From positions 64,001-128,000 of the IMG/VR virus record IMGVR_UViG_3300028786_000006: DNA of 64,000 nt; one strand, written 5' to 3'. The notes under the pieces were generated by a model that was not told where the DNA came from, ran no database searches, and saw nothing but the letters and a program-made list of their open reading frames with translations. Of this stretch, positions 9,938 to 19,615 are shown in pieces (position 1 is the first letter of the stretch; each line of letters begins with the position of its first letter). This stretch comes from a virus. The position numbers were made by a program, and so were the translations under genes.

Positions 9938-12376
9938 ATGGCATTTTCCGTATCACCTTCCGTCGAGTTCACCGAACGCGACGCATCGGTATACGCGGAC
10001 CCACAGGTAGACGTGATCGGCGGTATGCCCGGCGTCTTCCTGTGGGGTCCAGCAAACGTACCGACCCTCATCACCGGCGGCGAACGCAATCTGGTCGACG
10101 TCTTCTACAAGCCGAATGACGAGACCTACCTGAGCTTCTTCGTGTTGGCCGACTACCTGTCGTACAGCTCGAAAGCCCAAGTGATTCGTTGCCTCGGCCC
10201 AGCGGCCCGCAACGCCGTACCGGAAGGCCAAGAACCTGTCAAAGTCGAAAACGACGATGACGCTGAGACCACTCAGCTGCCTGGCTACGACTTCTACGCT
10301 CGCTTCCCGGGCGCCCTGGGCAACGGCCTGTCGGTCGAAATCTGCGGTAAAGATGAATACGCCGCCTGGGAATTCCGTGGTTCGTTCAACTACACCCCAC
10401 AGGTAGGTGAATACCACATCGCTGTGATCGACACCACCGGCGCGTTTACCGGCGAAGGTGCGGCTCAGCAAACCGAAGGCCTGAACCTGAGCGGTAAAGT
10501 CGTTGGTGGCACCTACGAAGCTTTCACCCTGGCGGTGACTGCTGCGGCCCCAATCGCTTCCGGTAAACCTGAGATCATTCAGGTGCAGCTGGCAGGCGCG
10601 ACCACTGGCACCACTGTGACCATCCTCGGTCAAGCTGTTACTGTGAACGTCGGTGAAGATGCTTCGGTTGTAGCCGGTAAGGCTGAAACTCTGCTGAACA
10701 GCCTGCCAGCATTCGCGGGTGTTGTTCGTACTGGTGCAACCCTGGTTGTCACCTACGCCGCGAACACTGACCAGTCGCCTGTGCCTAACGGCGTGGAAAA
10801 CGGCATCACCAAGACGCATAGCGTGATTCAGCAGGGCAACAACACCAGCGTGATCGCCCTGGGTGGTACCAACGTGACCCTGACCGATGGCTTCACCGCC
10901 GCCGAAGTCGTGGCCGCCATCGCTACCGCCCTGACCGCTGACCCGGCTGTCAAGGAAGTTACCGTCCAAGGCACTAACGTCATGGCGAAGCGCTCTCCAG
11001 CTGCTTCTCTCGTGCCGATCGTGGAGTTTAATGCTGGTGGCCTGGTTATCGAGCCGACCATCACGACTCCTGCCAATACCGCCACTCCGGTGACTGTATT
11101 CGGTATTGTCGTGCAACTGGCCGACGGCGACACCCCTGGCCAAGCCGCGACCAAAATCGCGTCTGCTATCACCACATCCCCTGATGTGGCTAGCGCGACC
11201 GCTGCGGGTTCCACTGTCGTGTACCTGCGCAAGACGAAAGGCCGCAAGGTTGCCCTGACCGGTTTCGCCTCTTCGGGTCTGATCGGTACTGTCAACGTCC
11301 GTCAGACTGGTCGCCTGGGCTCGGTGCTCGAGAAATACGAGCTGATGAACGCCACCAAGGGTTCGAAGCACGCGAACGGCACCAGTGCTTACTTCGTGGA
11401 CAGCATCAACCGTAGCTCTCGCTATGTACGTGTTGGTGATGGCAGTGTTCTTCTGAGCACTCGCAGCGTGGCCTTCCTCGGCGGCGTCGATGACAACGTG
11501 AACGTGAACCTGACCAGCGGCTTCAACGAGTTGCTGAACAGCGAACGTCTCTCGGTGGACAACATCATCGCCGGCGCGGTAAGCGTTCAGGAACAGAAGG
11601 TCGCGTTCGACACCGCTGAATCCCGTCGTGACTGCATTGGCTGGGCTTCCCCTCCGATGGAAGCGGTGGTGAACAACCGCCAGAACGAAGTCGCTGCAGT
11701 CGTCGAATGGCGTCTGAACGAGTTCAACCCGAACACCTCCTACGGTGTGATGGACTGCAACTGGGCACTCATCTACGACAAGTACAACGATGTCAACCGC
11801 TGGATTCCTTGCTGCGGTGGCACTGCTGGCCTGTCGGCCCGGACTACCATCCTGGGCGAAGCGTGGTTCAGCCCGGCCGGCTACACCTACGGCCGTTACA
11901 AGAACTACATCCGCCTGGCATGGTCACCTGAGAAAACGCAGCGCGATGAGCTGTTCAAGAATCAGGTTAACCCGGTCATCAACGATCTCGGTAACGGCAT
12001 CGTGTTGTTCGGTGACAAAACTTCGATCACTCGCCCGAGCTCTTTCGACGCCATCAACGTCCGGAAGCTGTTCATCTTCCTCGAGAAGACCATGGCGAAC
12101 ATGGCGAAGTTTTACCTGTTCGGCATCAACGATGCGTTCACCCGCAAACAGTTCCTCGCGGCGGCCAACCCGCTGTTCCGAACTGTCCAGGGTCGCCGGG
12201 GCATCACCGACTTCCGCATCATCTGCGACGAGTCGAACAACCCAGGCGATGCGGTCGACCGGAAAGAGATGAACTGCGCGTTCTACGTGAAGCCAACCCT
12301 CTCCATTCGGAACATCTACCTGAACTTCGTCAGCGTCGGCCAGTCCGTCAGCTTCGAAGAAGTGGAAGGCATCTGA
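9938..12376 (+). CDS. 18: Tail sheath protein gp18 with large repeated insertion
   Basis: SPSVEFTERD, WGPAN, WFSPAG, LFGDKT and INVRKLF motifs; 812 aa. Confidence 0.97.
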   Translation: MAFSVSPSVEFTERDASVYADPQVDVIGGMPGVFLWGPANVPTLITGGERNLVDVFYKPNDETYLSFFVLADYLSYSSKAQVIRCLGPAARNAVPEGQEPVKVENDDDAETTQLPGYDFYARFPGALGNGLSVEICGKDEYAAWEFRGSFNYTPQVGEYHIAVIDTTGAFTGEGAAQQTEGLNLSGKVVGGTYEAFTLAVTAAAPIASGKPEIIQVQLAGATTGTTVTILGQAVTVNVGEDASVVAGKAETLLNSLPAFAGVVRTGATLVVTYAANTDQSPVPNGVENGITKTHSVIQQGNNTSVIALGGTNVTLTDGFTAAEVVAAIATALTADPAVKEVTVQGTNVMAKRSPAASLVPIVEFNAGGLVIEPTITTPANTATPVTVFGIVVQLADGDTPGQAATKIASAITTSPDVASATAAGSTVVYLRKTKGRKVALTGFASSGLIGTVNVRQTGRLGSVLEKYELMNATKGSKHANGTSAYFVDSINRSSRYVRVGDGSVLLSTRSVAFLGGVDDNVNVNLTSGFNELLNSERLSVDNIIAGAVSVQEQKVAFDTAESRRDCIGWASPPMEAVVNNRQNEVAAVVEWRLNEFNPNTSYGVMDCNWALIYDKYNDVNRWIPCCGGTAGLSARTTILGEAWFSPAGYTYGRYKNYIRLAWSPEKTQRDELFKNQVNPVINDLGNGIVLFGDKTSITRPSSFDAINVRKLFIFLEKTMANMAKFYLFGINDAFTRKQFLAAANPLFRTVQGRRGITDFRIICDESNNPGDAVDRKEMNCAFYVKPTLSIRNIYLNFVSVGQSVSFEEVEGI

Positions 12377-12425
12377 TTAACCGGGCCGGGGAAACTCGGC
12401 CCAACACCCATTCAGGAGAATATCC

Positions 12426-12956
12426 ATGCCTAACATCGCTGATTTCTTGGCGAGTATCTCGTCTGGCGTTCACCGCCAGTACAAGTACCGGGTAACCGTC
12501 AACTTCCCGCCTACCGTCGGGGACAATGACACCACCCGTACTGCGTCGCTCCTGGCCAAGTCTACCTCGGTGCCCCAGAGCATCCTTGGTGAGATCGTCA
12601 TCAACTGGGGTGGTCGTGAGATCCCGTTGCCGGGCGACCGTACCTTCCCTGAGTTTACGCTCAGCTTCATCAACACCAACGACTACGACGTGCGGAACGC
12701 CTGGGAATCCTGGTCTGAAATGATCAACGGTTCCGAGTCCAACACCGCCGGTGTCATCGATCCTGATGACTACATGCGCGACGTCACGCTCGAGATGCTC
12801 GGCCCTACCGACAATGTCATCAAGACCTACGTTCTCCAGAACGCCTGGCCGAAAGAAGTGGGTGCCATCGCCCTCGACATGACGTCTCTTGACAGTTTTT
12901 CAGAATACGATGTAGTGATGCGTTACATCAACCTGGCGTCTAACGTCACTCGTTGA
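12426..12956 (+). CDS. 19: Tail tube protein gp19
   Basis: PGDRTF, RNAWESW and AWP motifs; follows the sheath gene. Confidence 0.93.
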   Translation: MPNIADFLASISSGVHRQYKYRVTVNFPPTVGDNDTTRTASLLAKSTSVPQSILGEIVINWGGREIPLPGDRTFPEFTLSFINTNDYDVRNAWESWSEMINGSESNTAGVIDPDDYMRDVTLEMLGPTDNVIKTYVLQNAWPKEVGAIALDMTSLDSFSEYDVVMRYINLASNVTR

Positions 12957-12971
12957 TCCTTCGGGCGCAAA

Positions 12972-13045
12972 GCCAACCGCCCCTGACGGCTATGGTTGGT
13001 GGAGGAACCCAGGTGGCCATCAGGGGCTACGCTGGGTGAGACCTC
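12972..13045 (+). ncRNA. Candidate structured RNA (two hairpins with kissing loops) in the gp19 3' UTR
   Basis: Stems 12972-79/12993-13000 and 13007-12/13032-37; loops CCCCUGACGGCU and GGCCAUCAGGGG are complementary. Confidence 0.6.
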
Positions 13046-13054
13046 GAAGAAACA

Positions 13055-13090
13055 AAAGGGAGCCAGCGCAAGCTGACTCCCTTTTTCTTT
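13055..13090 (+). terminator. Intrinsic terminator after gp19
   Basis: aaaagggagccagc-gcaa-gctgactcccttttt. Confidence 0.85.
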
Positions 13091-13127
13091 GCCTGAATGG
13101 TTCTAGTTGAGCGAAACTAGCTCGCAC

Positions 13128-13134
13128 CTAATTA
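13128..13134 (+). promoter_or_regulatory. Late promoter variant CTAATTA
   Basis: About 36 nt upstream of the VrlC-like gene start. Confidence 0.5.
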
Positions 13135-13170
13135 TTCACAGTATGGGTATCCACACCACAGGAATTCAGT

Positions 13171-16100
13171 ATGTCCGATATCGACACAAGTAACGCGCCC
13201 TACTACGATGATTTTGACGCGGACAAGGGATTCTTGCGAGTCCTGTTCCGCCCGAAGTCGGTCCAAGCGCGTGAGCTGACACAGGCTCAAACCATTCTGC
13301 AGGAACAGGTTAACCGCCTGGGCCGGCATCTGTTCACCGAGGGGGCTATGGTCATCCCTGGTGGTATTCGCATCAGCAGCCAGCAGGACTACGTCAAACT
13401 GACGTTTATCTCTGGCTCGGTGTATGACGACATCGTTGACCGCACCGACATGGTCGTGTCCTCTGTCGTAAGCGGCCTGACTGCCAAAGTCAAGAAGGTT
13501 ATCCCAGCCGAAGGCGAAGACCCACCGTCGATCTTCGTGGAGTACACCAACTCCGGCTCGGACAACATGACCAAGAAGTTCTCGGTCGGGGAAAGTCTGA
13601 AGTTCTCTATCACCGTGGACAGCGTCAACCAGAACATCGCGAACGCTCGTTCGGATGCAGTAGGCTTCGGCACCTGGGCTCAGGTAGCGGCCGGCGTTTA
13701 CTTCGTGCGCGGCTTCATGGTTCAGAACGCAGCCCAAGACGTGGTGGTGTCGAAGTACACCCAGGACTCGTCCAATCGTATCGGCTTCAATGTTGTCGAA
13801 AGTATCGTCACCGAAGACGACGACGACAGCCTGCTGTCGAACGCCCAGGGTACTCCCAACTTCAAAGCGCCGGGCGCTCATCGCCTGAAGATCGAACTGA
13901 AGCTGGCGACCGTGTCCACGGATTCGGCTGTCGACGACAATTTCATCGAGCTCGCTCGGGTCGAAGACGGTGAGACCAAGGAGCTGGTGGTTGACACCGA
14001 ATACGCTCAGCTGATGAAAACCCTGGCTCAGCGCACTTACGAAGAGTCTGGTGACTACAGCCTGGGCCAATACGATTTCGTGCTGCGTGAGCACATCAAG
14101 GACTCCACCCATCCGGATGGCGTGTTCTCTGATGACAAGGGCGGCGACGAGTCGAAATTCGTGTTCGGTGTCAAGCCGAGCATCTCGTATGTCAAGGGCT
14201 ACCGGGTTCAGAACATCGCGACTGATTACGTCCCTGTTGAGAAGGCCCGCGACACCAATTTTGTGAACAACGCCGTGAGCTCGGCGATCTACCAGAACTA
14301 CCTGATCATCACCGGCATTCACAGCTTGCCTCCGACCGACATCCGGAAGAAGATCAGCCTGCATGATGCCCCGATCGTAGCCGGCAACACCGCCGGTTCC
14401 ATCATCGGCACCGCCCGCGTTCGCGCCATCCAGTTCGTGGCCGCCGGTTCCATCAAGGTGTTCCTGACCGACATCAAGATGAACAGCGGTAAGACGTTTA
14501 GCCAAGTACAGGGTCTGCGTTATACCGATGCTTCCAGCCTGTTCGGTGCAACTGTTTCCAGTGCTTCCATGTACGGTAGCAACCAGAACACCATGCTGTT
14601 CCCGTTGCCTTACCCGGCGACCAAGTCCCTGAAGCGGGCCGGTGCATCTGACACCACCTACGCGGTGACCCGTCAATACACGGTGACCACCAACGCATCT
14701 GGCGTTGCAACGGTTTCTCTGTCGTCCAACGAAACCTTCTCGACGCCTAACCAGGTCGAGTACCTCCTCTCCGCTACCGGGGCGGCTAACACAGGCGGCG
14801 CAGTAGCTTGGGCCGAGGGTCTGTTTGTACTCAGTGGCAGCCCCGTAGGACGTTCGATCACCATCAACGCCGGTGTGGGTAACGCGAGCAAGACCTTCGT
14901 GGCGAACGTGGTGGTTATCAAGCAACAACCACTGGAGAAGACCAAGACCAAGACCGTCAAGGTCGACGTCGTCACATTCACAGCCGAAACGTTCAAGGCT
15001 CTGACGAAGTGTGATGGGTTCAAACTGAACTCGGTTATCAACGACGCCACCGGCGAAGTAGTGACCAACAGCTACAACTTCTTCAATGGTCAGACTGATA
15101 ACGGTTACCGGGTCTGTGAGTTGCGCAGCAAAAGCGGCGCGGTCACCGGCGTTTTCCAGGTCACCTACGAATACTTCGAACACAGCCTTGGCGACTTCTT
15201 CAGCGTCGACTCGTACTCGAACGTGAATTATCAGGACATCCCGACTTACATCTCGTCTTCTGGGGCAGCTTATGAACTCAGCGATTGCTTGGACTTCCGG
15301 GCTCTCTACGATGCTTCTGGTGAAATCACTTCGGTTACTTTCGCTGGTGACGTTATTCGCCCTAGCGATACTGTGCGTGTTGATGTTGAGTACTATCTTC
15401 CTCGGCGCGATAGTGTATATGTGTCTTCTGATGGCACTTTTGGCGTTGTCAAAGGCGTTCCTGGTGATGAACCAGTATACCCGGAAGTGCCAACGGACTC
15501 GATGAAGATTGCTGAGCTGACTATCTCAGCTTACACCTTCGACCCGCTCAACGTCATCGTCCGCTTGATCGACAACAAGCGCTACACCATGCGCGACATC
15601 GGCAAGCTGGAACGTCGGATCGAAAACCTCGAGTACTACACCACTCTGAGCGCCATCGAATCGAAGGTCAACAAGACCCAGATCATTGACCCGGTAACCG
15701 GTAATGACCGATTCAAAAACGGTTTCGCGACTGACGGTTTCAGCGACTTCCGCCTGTGCGACCTCGACAGCGAAGAGTTCATGTTTGCCCTTGACCTCGA
15801 CGCAACCGTAGGCCAACCGGCATTCAGCCAGTTCCCTGGCGATATGGAATTCGGGTCCGGGGCCAACCATGCGAAGGGCCTGGGCCTTGTGAGCAAGTCT
15901 TACACGCTCAAGAAGACCATCGAACAGCCGTACGCGACCCGCATGATCAACGTTAACCCGTTTGCAGTGTTCACATGGAACGGTTACGTGAGTCTGAACC
16001 CAGCGTCGGACTTCTGGAGGGACGTCTGGTACTTGCCGCCGGTCATGGTCAACCAAACGGTCGACAACCGGGGCGCGGCCGTACAGGGCACAGTGGTCAA

Positions 16101-17991
16101 CCAATGGCGGTCGAGCTGGAAGAATCGGGACCTGAACACCCTGACTACAGTGACCACGTTTTCCGAATCCACTTCGGTGAGTATCGCGGACAACTTCATA
16201 CAGAATGTGGTCTACACATTCATGCGGGCTATCGGTATCGCGTTTTCTGGTACGTGCCTGCGCCCGTTCACCCGAGTGTACCCGTTCTTCGAGGACAAAC
16301 CTGTTTCGGCCTTCTGTCGACCGGCCGGTGGTGCTAACGGCCAAGCCCTGGTCACTGACGGCTCCGGCGCAATCAATGGGGTGTTCTCGGTACCAAACAC
16401 TTCAGCGAACAACTTCCGGACAGGAACCAACGTGTTTCGCCTTACAGACCAGGCGGATGATTCTCGCAACCCTAATCTGCTGACCACATTTGCTCAGACC
16501 ACGCACGCATCTGGTGGTTCGATCGATTATCGGCAGCAGACCGTTACTTCCACCCGCATCCTGTCGTTTACTGAATCTTCGTCTCTGACCACGGTGTACC
16601 AGAAGGATCCAATCGCTCAGACTTTCTGGGTCACGTCTACCGGCGGCGAGTACCTCGCGGCGGTTGATATCTTCATGGCCACGAAGTCGAGCACGATTCC
16701 CCTGATCGTGGAACTGCGGACTGCGGAAAACGGTTACCCAGGCGGCGATGCCCTGCCGTTCGGTCGTAAGGTGTTACTGCCTTCTCAGGTCGCCGTCAGC
16801 GCTAACGGGATGACGCCAACCCGAGTGACGTTTGATGATTTGGTTTACTTGGAACCTGGGCGCGAGTATTCTATCGTTCTGATGGCGGACACCCAGGAGT
16901 ACAACGCTTGGATCTGTCAGATGGGTGAAACCGTGTTGGGTACTACCCGCTCAGTTTCGGCACAACCAAACCTGGGATCGTTCTTCGTGTCTCAGAACGG
17001 CACCACTTGGACCGCCAACCAGAACCAGGATATGAAGTTCACCTTCTACCGGGCGCTGTTTAATACTGACGACACGGTGGTGACCTTCAATAACACGGCT
17101 CCTGTTTACCGCCCGGCCAAAGGGTTTAACCCGATAGTGACTGTTTCGGGAAACAGCCGCATCGTGTTGTCCCAGGCTACACACGGTTTGAAAGCTGGTG
17201 ATACTTGCATCATTCGCGGTGCAGTCGGCGGTAACGGCTTCAGCTCGGCCCTCCTGAACAAGTCTCAGGTGGTTGAGAGCGTCTCTGGGGATGATGTCAC
17301 CATTAACCTTGGCACTCTAGCGACCGCGACGGGGAACATCGGAGGGGATGCCGTAGAGGTGCTCTCGTCCTACCCTTTCAGCTTGCTCTACGCCAACGTG
17401 AACCAGTTGATCCTGGACGGCACTTCGGTTGAGTGGAAGGTGGTCGCCAAGAACCAAAGCAACCGGGGGCTTTCATCGCCGTTCTCGTTTACACCGGGCG
17501 AAAACCATGGCATGGACGCAGAGTCAGTGATTCAGGTTGGTGGTGACCTTCAGATGACTGCAACGCTGAAGACCACCCGCGATAACCTGAGCCCAGTGAT
17601 CGACCTTGACGGCTTCACCGCCGCCCTGGTACAGCCTCGAATCAACACCGACGTGTCCAACCCGCTTTGCCGGTACGTCACCAAGGATGTGAAGTTCGAT
17701 ACCCCAAGCACCACCGCCAAGATGTATGTCGGTGCGTTGTTACCGGGCGCGACCACCATGAAGTTCTACTACAAGTTGATCAGCACCGGCAGCAGCGCGG
17801 CCAGTGGTACTTGGGTGGAGCTTGCACCTTCGGCTGGGATTGTGAACGACGATATCCGGTTCATGGAGTACACGTACAACCTGACTGGGGTCGGCTCATT
17901 CAGCGGCTTCAAAGTGAAGATCGTTCTGTTGGGTGATGACCCGACCAACGTTCCTAAGCTGTCAGACTTCAGAGCCATCGCTCTGGCGTAA
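13171..17991 (+). CDS. Large virion/baseplate protein, VrlC/DUF4815 family
   Basis: PYYDDFD...VLFRP..VQARELTQ, APGAHRLKI, RTYEESGDY, YTMRDIG, RFKNGF and DPIAQTF motifs. Confidence 0.9.
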   Translation: MSDIDTSNAPYYDDFDADKGFLRVLFRPKSVQARELTQAQTILQEQVNRLGRHLFTEGAMVIPGGIRISSQQDYVKLTFISGSVYDDIVDRTDMVVSSVVSGLTAKVKKVIPAEGEDPPSIFVEYTNSGSDNMTKKFSVGESLKFSITVDSVNQNIANARSDAVGFGTWAQVAAGVYFVRGFMVQNAAQDVVVSKYTQDSSNRIGFNVVESIVTEDDDDSLLSNAQGTPNFKAPGAHRLKIELKLATVSTDSAVDDNFIELARVEDGETKELVVDTEYAQLMKTLAQRTYEESGDYSLGQYDFVLREHIKDSTHPDGVFSDDKGGDESKFVFGVKPSISYVKGYRVQNIATDYVPVEKARDTNFVNNAVSSAIYQNYLIITGIHSLPPTDIRKKISLHDAPIVAGNTAGSIIGTARVRAIQFVAAGSIKVFLTDIKMNSGKTFSQVQGLRYTDASSLFGATVSSASMYGSNQNTMLFPLPYPATKSLKRAGASDTTYAVTRQYTVTTNASGVATVSLSSNETFSTPNQVEYLLSATGAANTGGAVAWAEGLFVLSGSPVGRSITINAGVGNASKTFVANVVVIKQQPLEKTKTKTVKVDVVTFTAETFKALTKCDGFKLNSVINDATGEVVTNSYNFFNGQTDNGYRVCELRSKSGAVTGVFQVTYEYFEHSLGDFFSVDSYSNVNYQDIPTYISSSGAAYELSDCLDFRALYDASGEITSVTFAGDVIRPSDTVRVDVEYYLPRRDSVYVSSDGTFGVVKGVPGDEPVYPEVPTDSMKIAELTISAYTFDPLNVIVRLIDNKRYTMRDIGKLERRIENLEYYTTLSAIESKVNKTQIIDPVTGNDRFKNGFATDGFSDFRLCDLDSEEFMFALDLDATVGQPAFSQFPGDMEFGSGANHAKGLGLVSKSYTLKKTIEQPYATRMINVNPFAVFTWNGYVSLNPASDFWRDVWYLPPVMVNQTVDNRGAAVQGTVVNQWRSSWKNRDLNTLTTVTTFSESTSVSIADNFIQNVVYTFMRAIGIAFSGTCLRPFTRVYPFFEDKPVSAFCRPAGGANGQALVTDGSGAINGVFSVPNTSANNFRTGTNVFRLTDQADDSRNPNLLTTFAQTTHASGGSIDYRQQTVTSTRILSFTESSSLTTVYQKDPIAQTFWVTSTGGEYLAAVDIFMATKSSTIPLIVELRTAENGYPGGDALPFGRKVLLPSQVAVSANGMTPTRVTFDDLVYLEPGREYSIVLMADTQEYNAWICQMGETVLGTTRSVSAQPNLGSFFVSQNGTTWTANQNQDMKFTFYRALFNTDDTVVTFNNTAPVYRPAKGFNPIVTVSGNSRIVLSQATHGLKAGDTCIIRGAVGGNGFSSALLNKSQVVESVSGDDVTINLGTLATATGNIGGDAVEVLSSYPFSLLYANVNQLILDGTSVEWKVVAKNQSNRGLSSPFSFTPGENHGMDAESVIQVGGDLQMTATLKTTRDNLSPVIDLDGFTAALVQPRINTDVSNPLCRYVTKDVKFDTPSTTAKMYVGALLPGATTMKFYYKLISTGSSAASGTWVELAPSAGIVNDDIRFMEYTYNLTGVGSFSGFKVKIVLLGDDPTNVPKLSDFRAIALA
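15272..15505 (+). CDS. Candidate embedded +1-frame membrane protein (77 aa)
   Basis: Very hydrophobic ORF coinciding with a local switch to T-ending codons in the host frame. Confidence 0.5.
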   Translation: MNSAIAWTSGLSTMLLVKSLRLLSLVTLFALAILCVLMLSTIFLGAIVYMCLLMALLALSKAFLVMNQYTRKCQRTR

Positions 17992-17995
17992 AACC

Positions 17996-18031
17996 AAAAA
18001 AGGGGAATGGCTTGCGCCATTCCCCTTTTTT
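17996..18031. terminator. Bidirectional terminator between convergent late operons
   Basis: aaaaaaggggaatggc-ttgc-gccattcccctttttt. Confidence 0.9.
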
Positions 18032-18062
18032 ATTGCCTGTTACCCAGAGTGGTTGATATAGA

Positions 18063-18785
18063 TCAACGCTCGAAGAAGTACCCCAAGATGTAGACGGTAA
18101 CACCGCCTGTTGAAGTCGCCGTGTTTTTGGCCTGAAATCTACCGTTGGAACCGATAGGAATATCCAATTTAGCGATGACACTGGCGCTAACGCTGGACAG
18201 CCAATTAGGTCCGGCCAGCGCGTTGACTTGATCAACGTTACCGAATACTACGGCGGCGGAGCCGGCGGAGACGCTGGTACAAGCCGTATGCGCAGTAACT
18301 GGGATGGCGGCGGCGGGGTCGATATCGTAAGTGGTGGTGGTTGTACCGCCCGCAAGTACGATGAAAGGTGCTACGCCTGCGTTGGCCACCAGGTAGTACA
18401 TCTGCCCAGTTGACGGGTAGTGGATGAACTTTTGCAGGGTGTTGGAGGCCCCGGCCAGCGCGCTGCCGATGTACCGGCGCGAGCTATCGCCAGTCTTCTG
18501 AAACGCAGAACCTGACACCCGTACCGGCGCGGTCGTGGACATCTCAATATCACCGACACCGGCATTTTCATACAGGTAGAAGTGATAAAAAGTTGCCGCC
18601 GTTAATGACAAACCGGTAAGCGCTTTGTCAGTGCCGAGTTCTACAGCTTTATTCAGTGACGGAACGTAGGCACTGCCTGCCTGTACCGTAAGGGCGTTGG
18701 CTGAGACGTATACCAGGCGTAAACCCTCGATGAACCCTTTGCCCATACCACGTAATTTGGCCGAAGCCCTTTGGATGCTACCCAT
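18063..18785 (-). CDS. Tail fibre-associated/receptor-binding protein
   Basis: Beta-rich; GFIEGLRL..VSANALTVQAGSAY and RRYIGS resemble prophage tail proteins; last gene of the fibre operon. Confidence 0.6.
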   Translation of the reverse strand: MGSIQRASAKLRGMGKGFIEGLRLVYVSANALTVQAGSAYVPSLNKAVELGTDKALTGLSLTAATFYHFYLYENAGVGDIEMSTTAPVRVSGSAFQKTGDSSRRYIGSALAGASNTLQKFIHYPSTGQMYYLVANAGVAPFIVLAGGTTTTTYDIDPAAAIPVTAHTACTSVSAGSAAVVFGNVDQVNALAGPNWLSSVSASVIAKLDIPIGSNGRFQAKNTATSTGGVTVYILGYFFER

Positions 18786-18827
18786 TTTCAGATTCCCGGA
18801 AGCCGCCCTTTTCAGGGCGGTTATTGA

Positions 18828-19553
18828 TTAGAACCAGCGGCCCCATGCCGTGTACGTTATGGTGTAGTTGGCAGAGGCTTGTGAAACCGCTGACATGAGC
18901 ACGCCTGTTGGTGTCAGGGATGCTGTGGCGGAAGAGATGGTTGACCACCAAGTGGCCTGTGTGCCGTTACCGCTAGAAAAAACTATTTCGTTGGGCACAG
19001 CCGTAAATGGCTGTGCCCAACTTAAAGCTGCCTCAAGGGCCACTGTAGTGAATAAGGATCCTGTTGACCCAGTTAGTGCCCGAGTTACGGCGACTCTACG
19101 ACTGCACATCATAGTGCCGTCAGCCCACTTGGTCCAACTACCATTGGCGTTGGTGCCTGTTTCGATAATGGCGCCAGTGGGCACACCCCCGACCTGTGAT
19201 ACAGTCCCCAATACCTTGGCGTCGGATTCCGACTTGGTATAGCAGTTGGCCACTAAGAACGACCCGAATGCAACCACTTGCACCAAGTCCCCGAGCGCTG
19301 CCCCTTCGACCAACACCACAGACGTCCCGGTTGTGGCCGCATAATCAACCGTTTTCTGGAGGATGAACCCGTTGAGCGCGACGATGGTTGATCCTACAGT
19401 GTAGGCCAGGCTCACGCCATTGACGTCAGCCCCGCTGAACGAAGTCTGCCCCGCCGTCGCGTTGTACGAGTAGTGAACCATGGTGCTACTGGTGGCCGCA
19501 ACTAGAGCATCAAACTCTTTGCCCAGGCCGGATAAACGTGCTGCCCTTGTCAT
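18828..19553 (-). CDS. Short tail fibre protein
   Basis: ATAGQTSF adaptor domain plus GAIIETGTNANGSWTKWADGTM...GRW C-terminal fibre domain. Confidence 0.8.
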   Translation of the reverse strand: MTRAARLSGLGKEFDALVAATSSTMVHYSYNATAGQTSFSGADVNGVSLAYTVGSTIVALNGFILQKTVDYAATTGTSVVLVEGAALGDLVQVVAFGSFLVANCYTKSESDAKVLGTVSQVGGVPTGAIIETGTNANGSWTKWADGTMMCSRRVAVTRALTGSTGSLFTTVALEAALSWAQPFTAVPNEIVFSSGNGTQATWWSTISSATASLTPTGVLMSAVSQASANYTITYTAWGRWF

Positions 19554-19615
19554 TGTTGAACCCTTTGTGTTCGTTGCCGGGAACCCGCTCCAAGGGGGCG
19601 GGTTATTCGATGCCT

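Noticed and set aside
12381-12402. Hairpin between gp18 and gp19 as a terminator
   Set aside because: No U-tract; more likely a processing or stability hairpin
12963-12974. GGGCGCAAAGCC resembling the c-di-GMP-I riboswitch core
   Set aside because: The upstream GGCAAA...GNRA stem is missing, and the element lies 3' of a gene rather than in a leader
614-15183. Long antisense ORFs (614-1798, 1830-3044, 9953-11371, 13132-15183)
   Set aside because: Shadows of strongly biased sense genes; no motifs or RBS, and each lies opposite a well-identified structural gene
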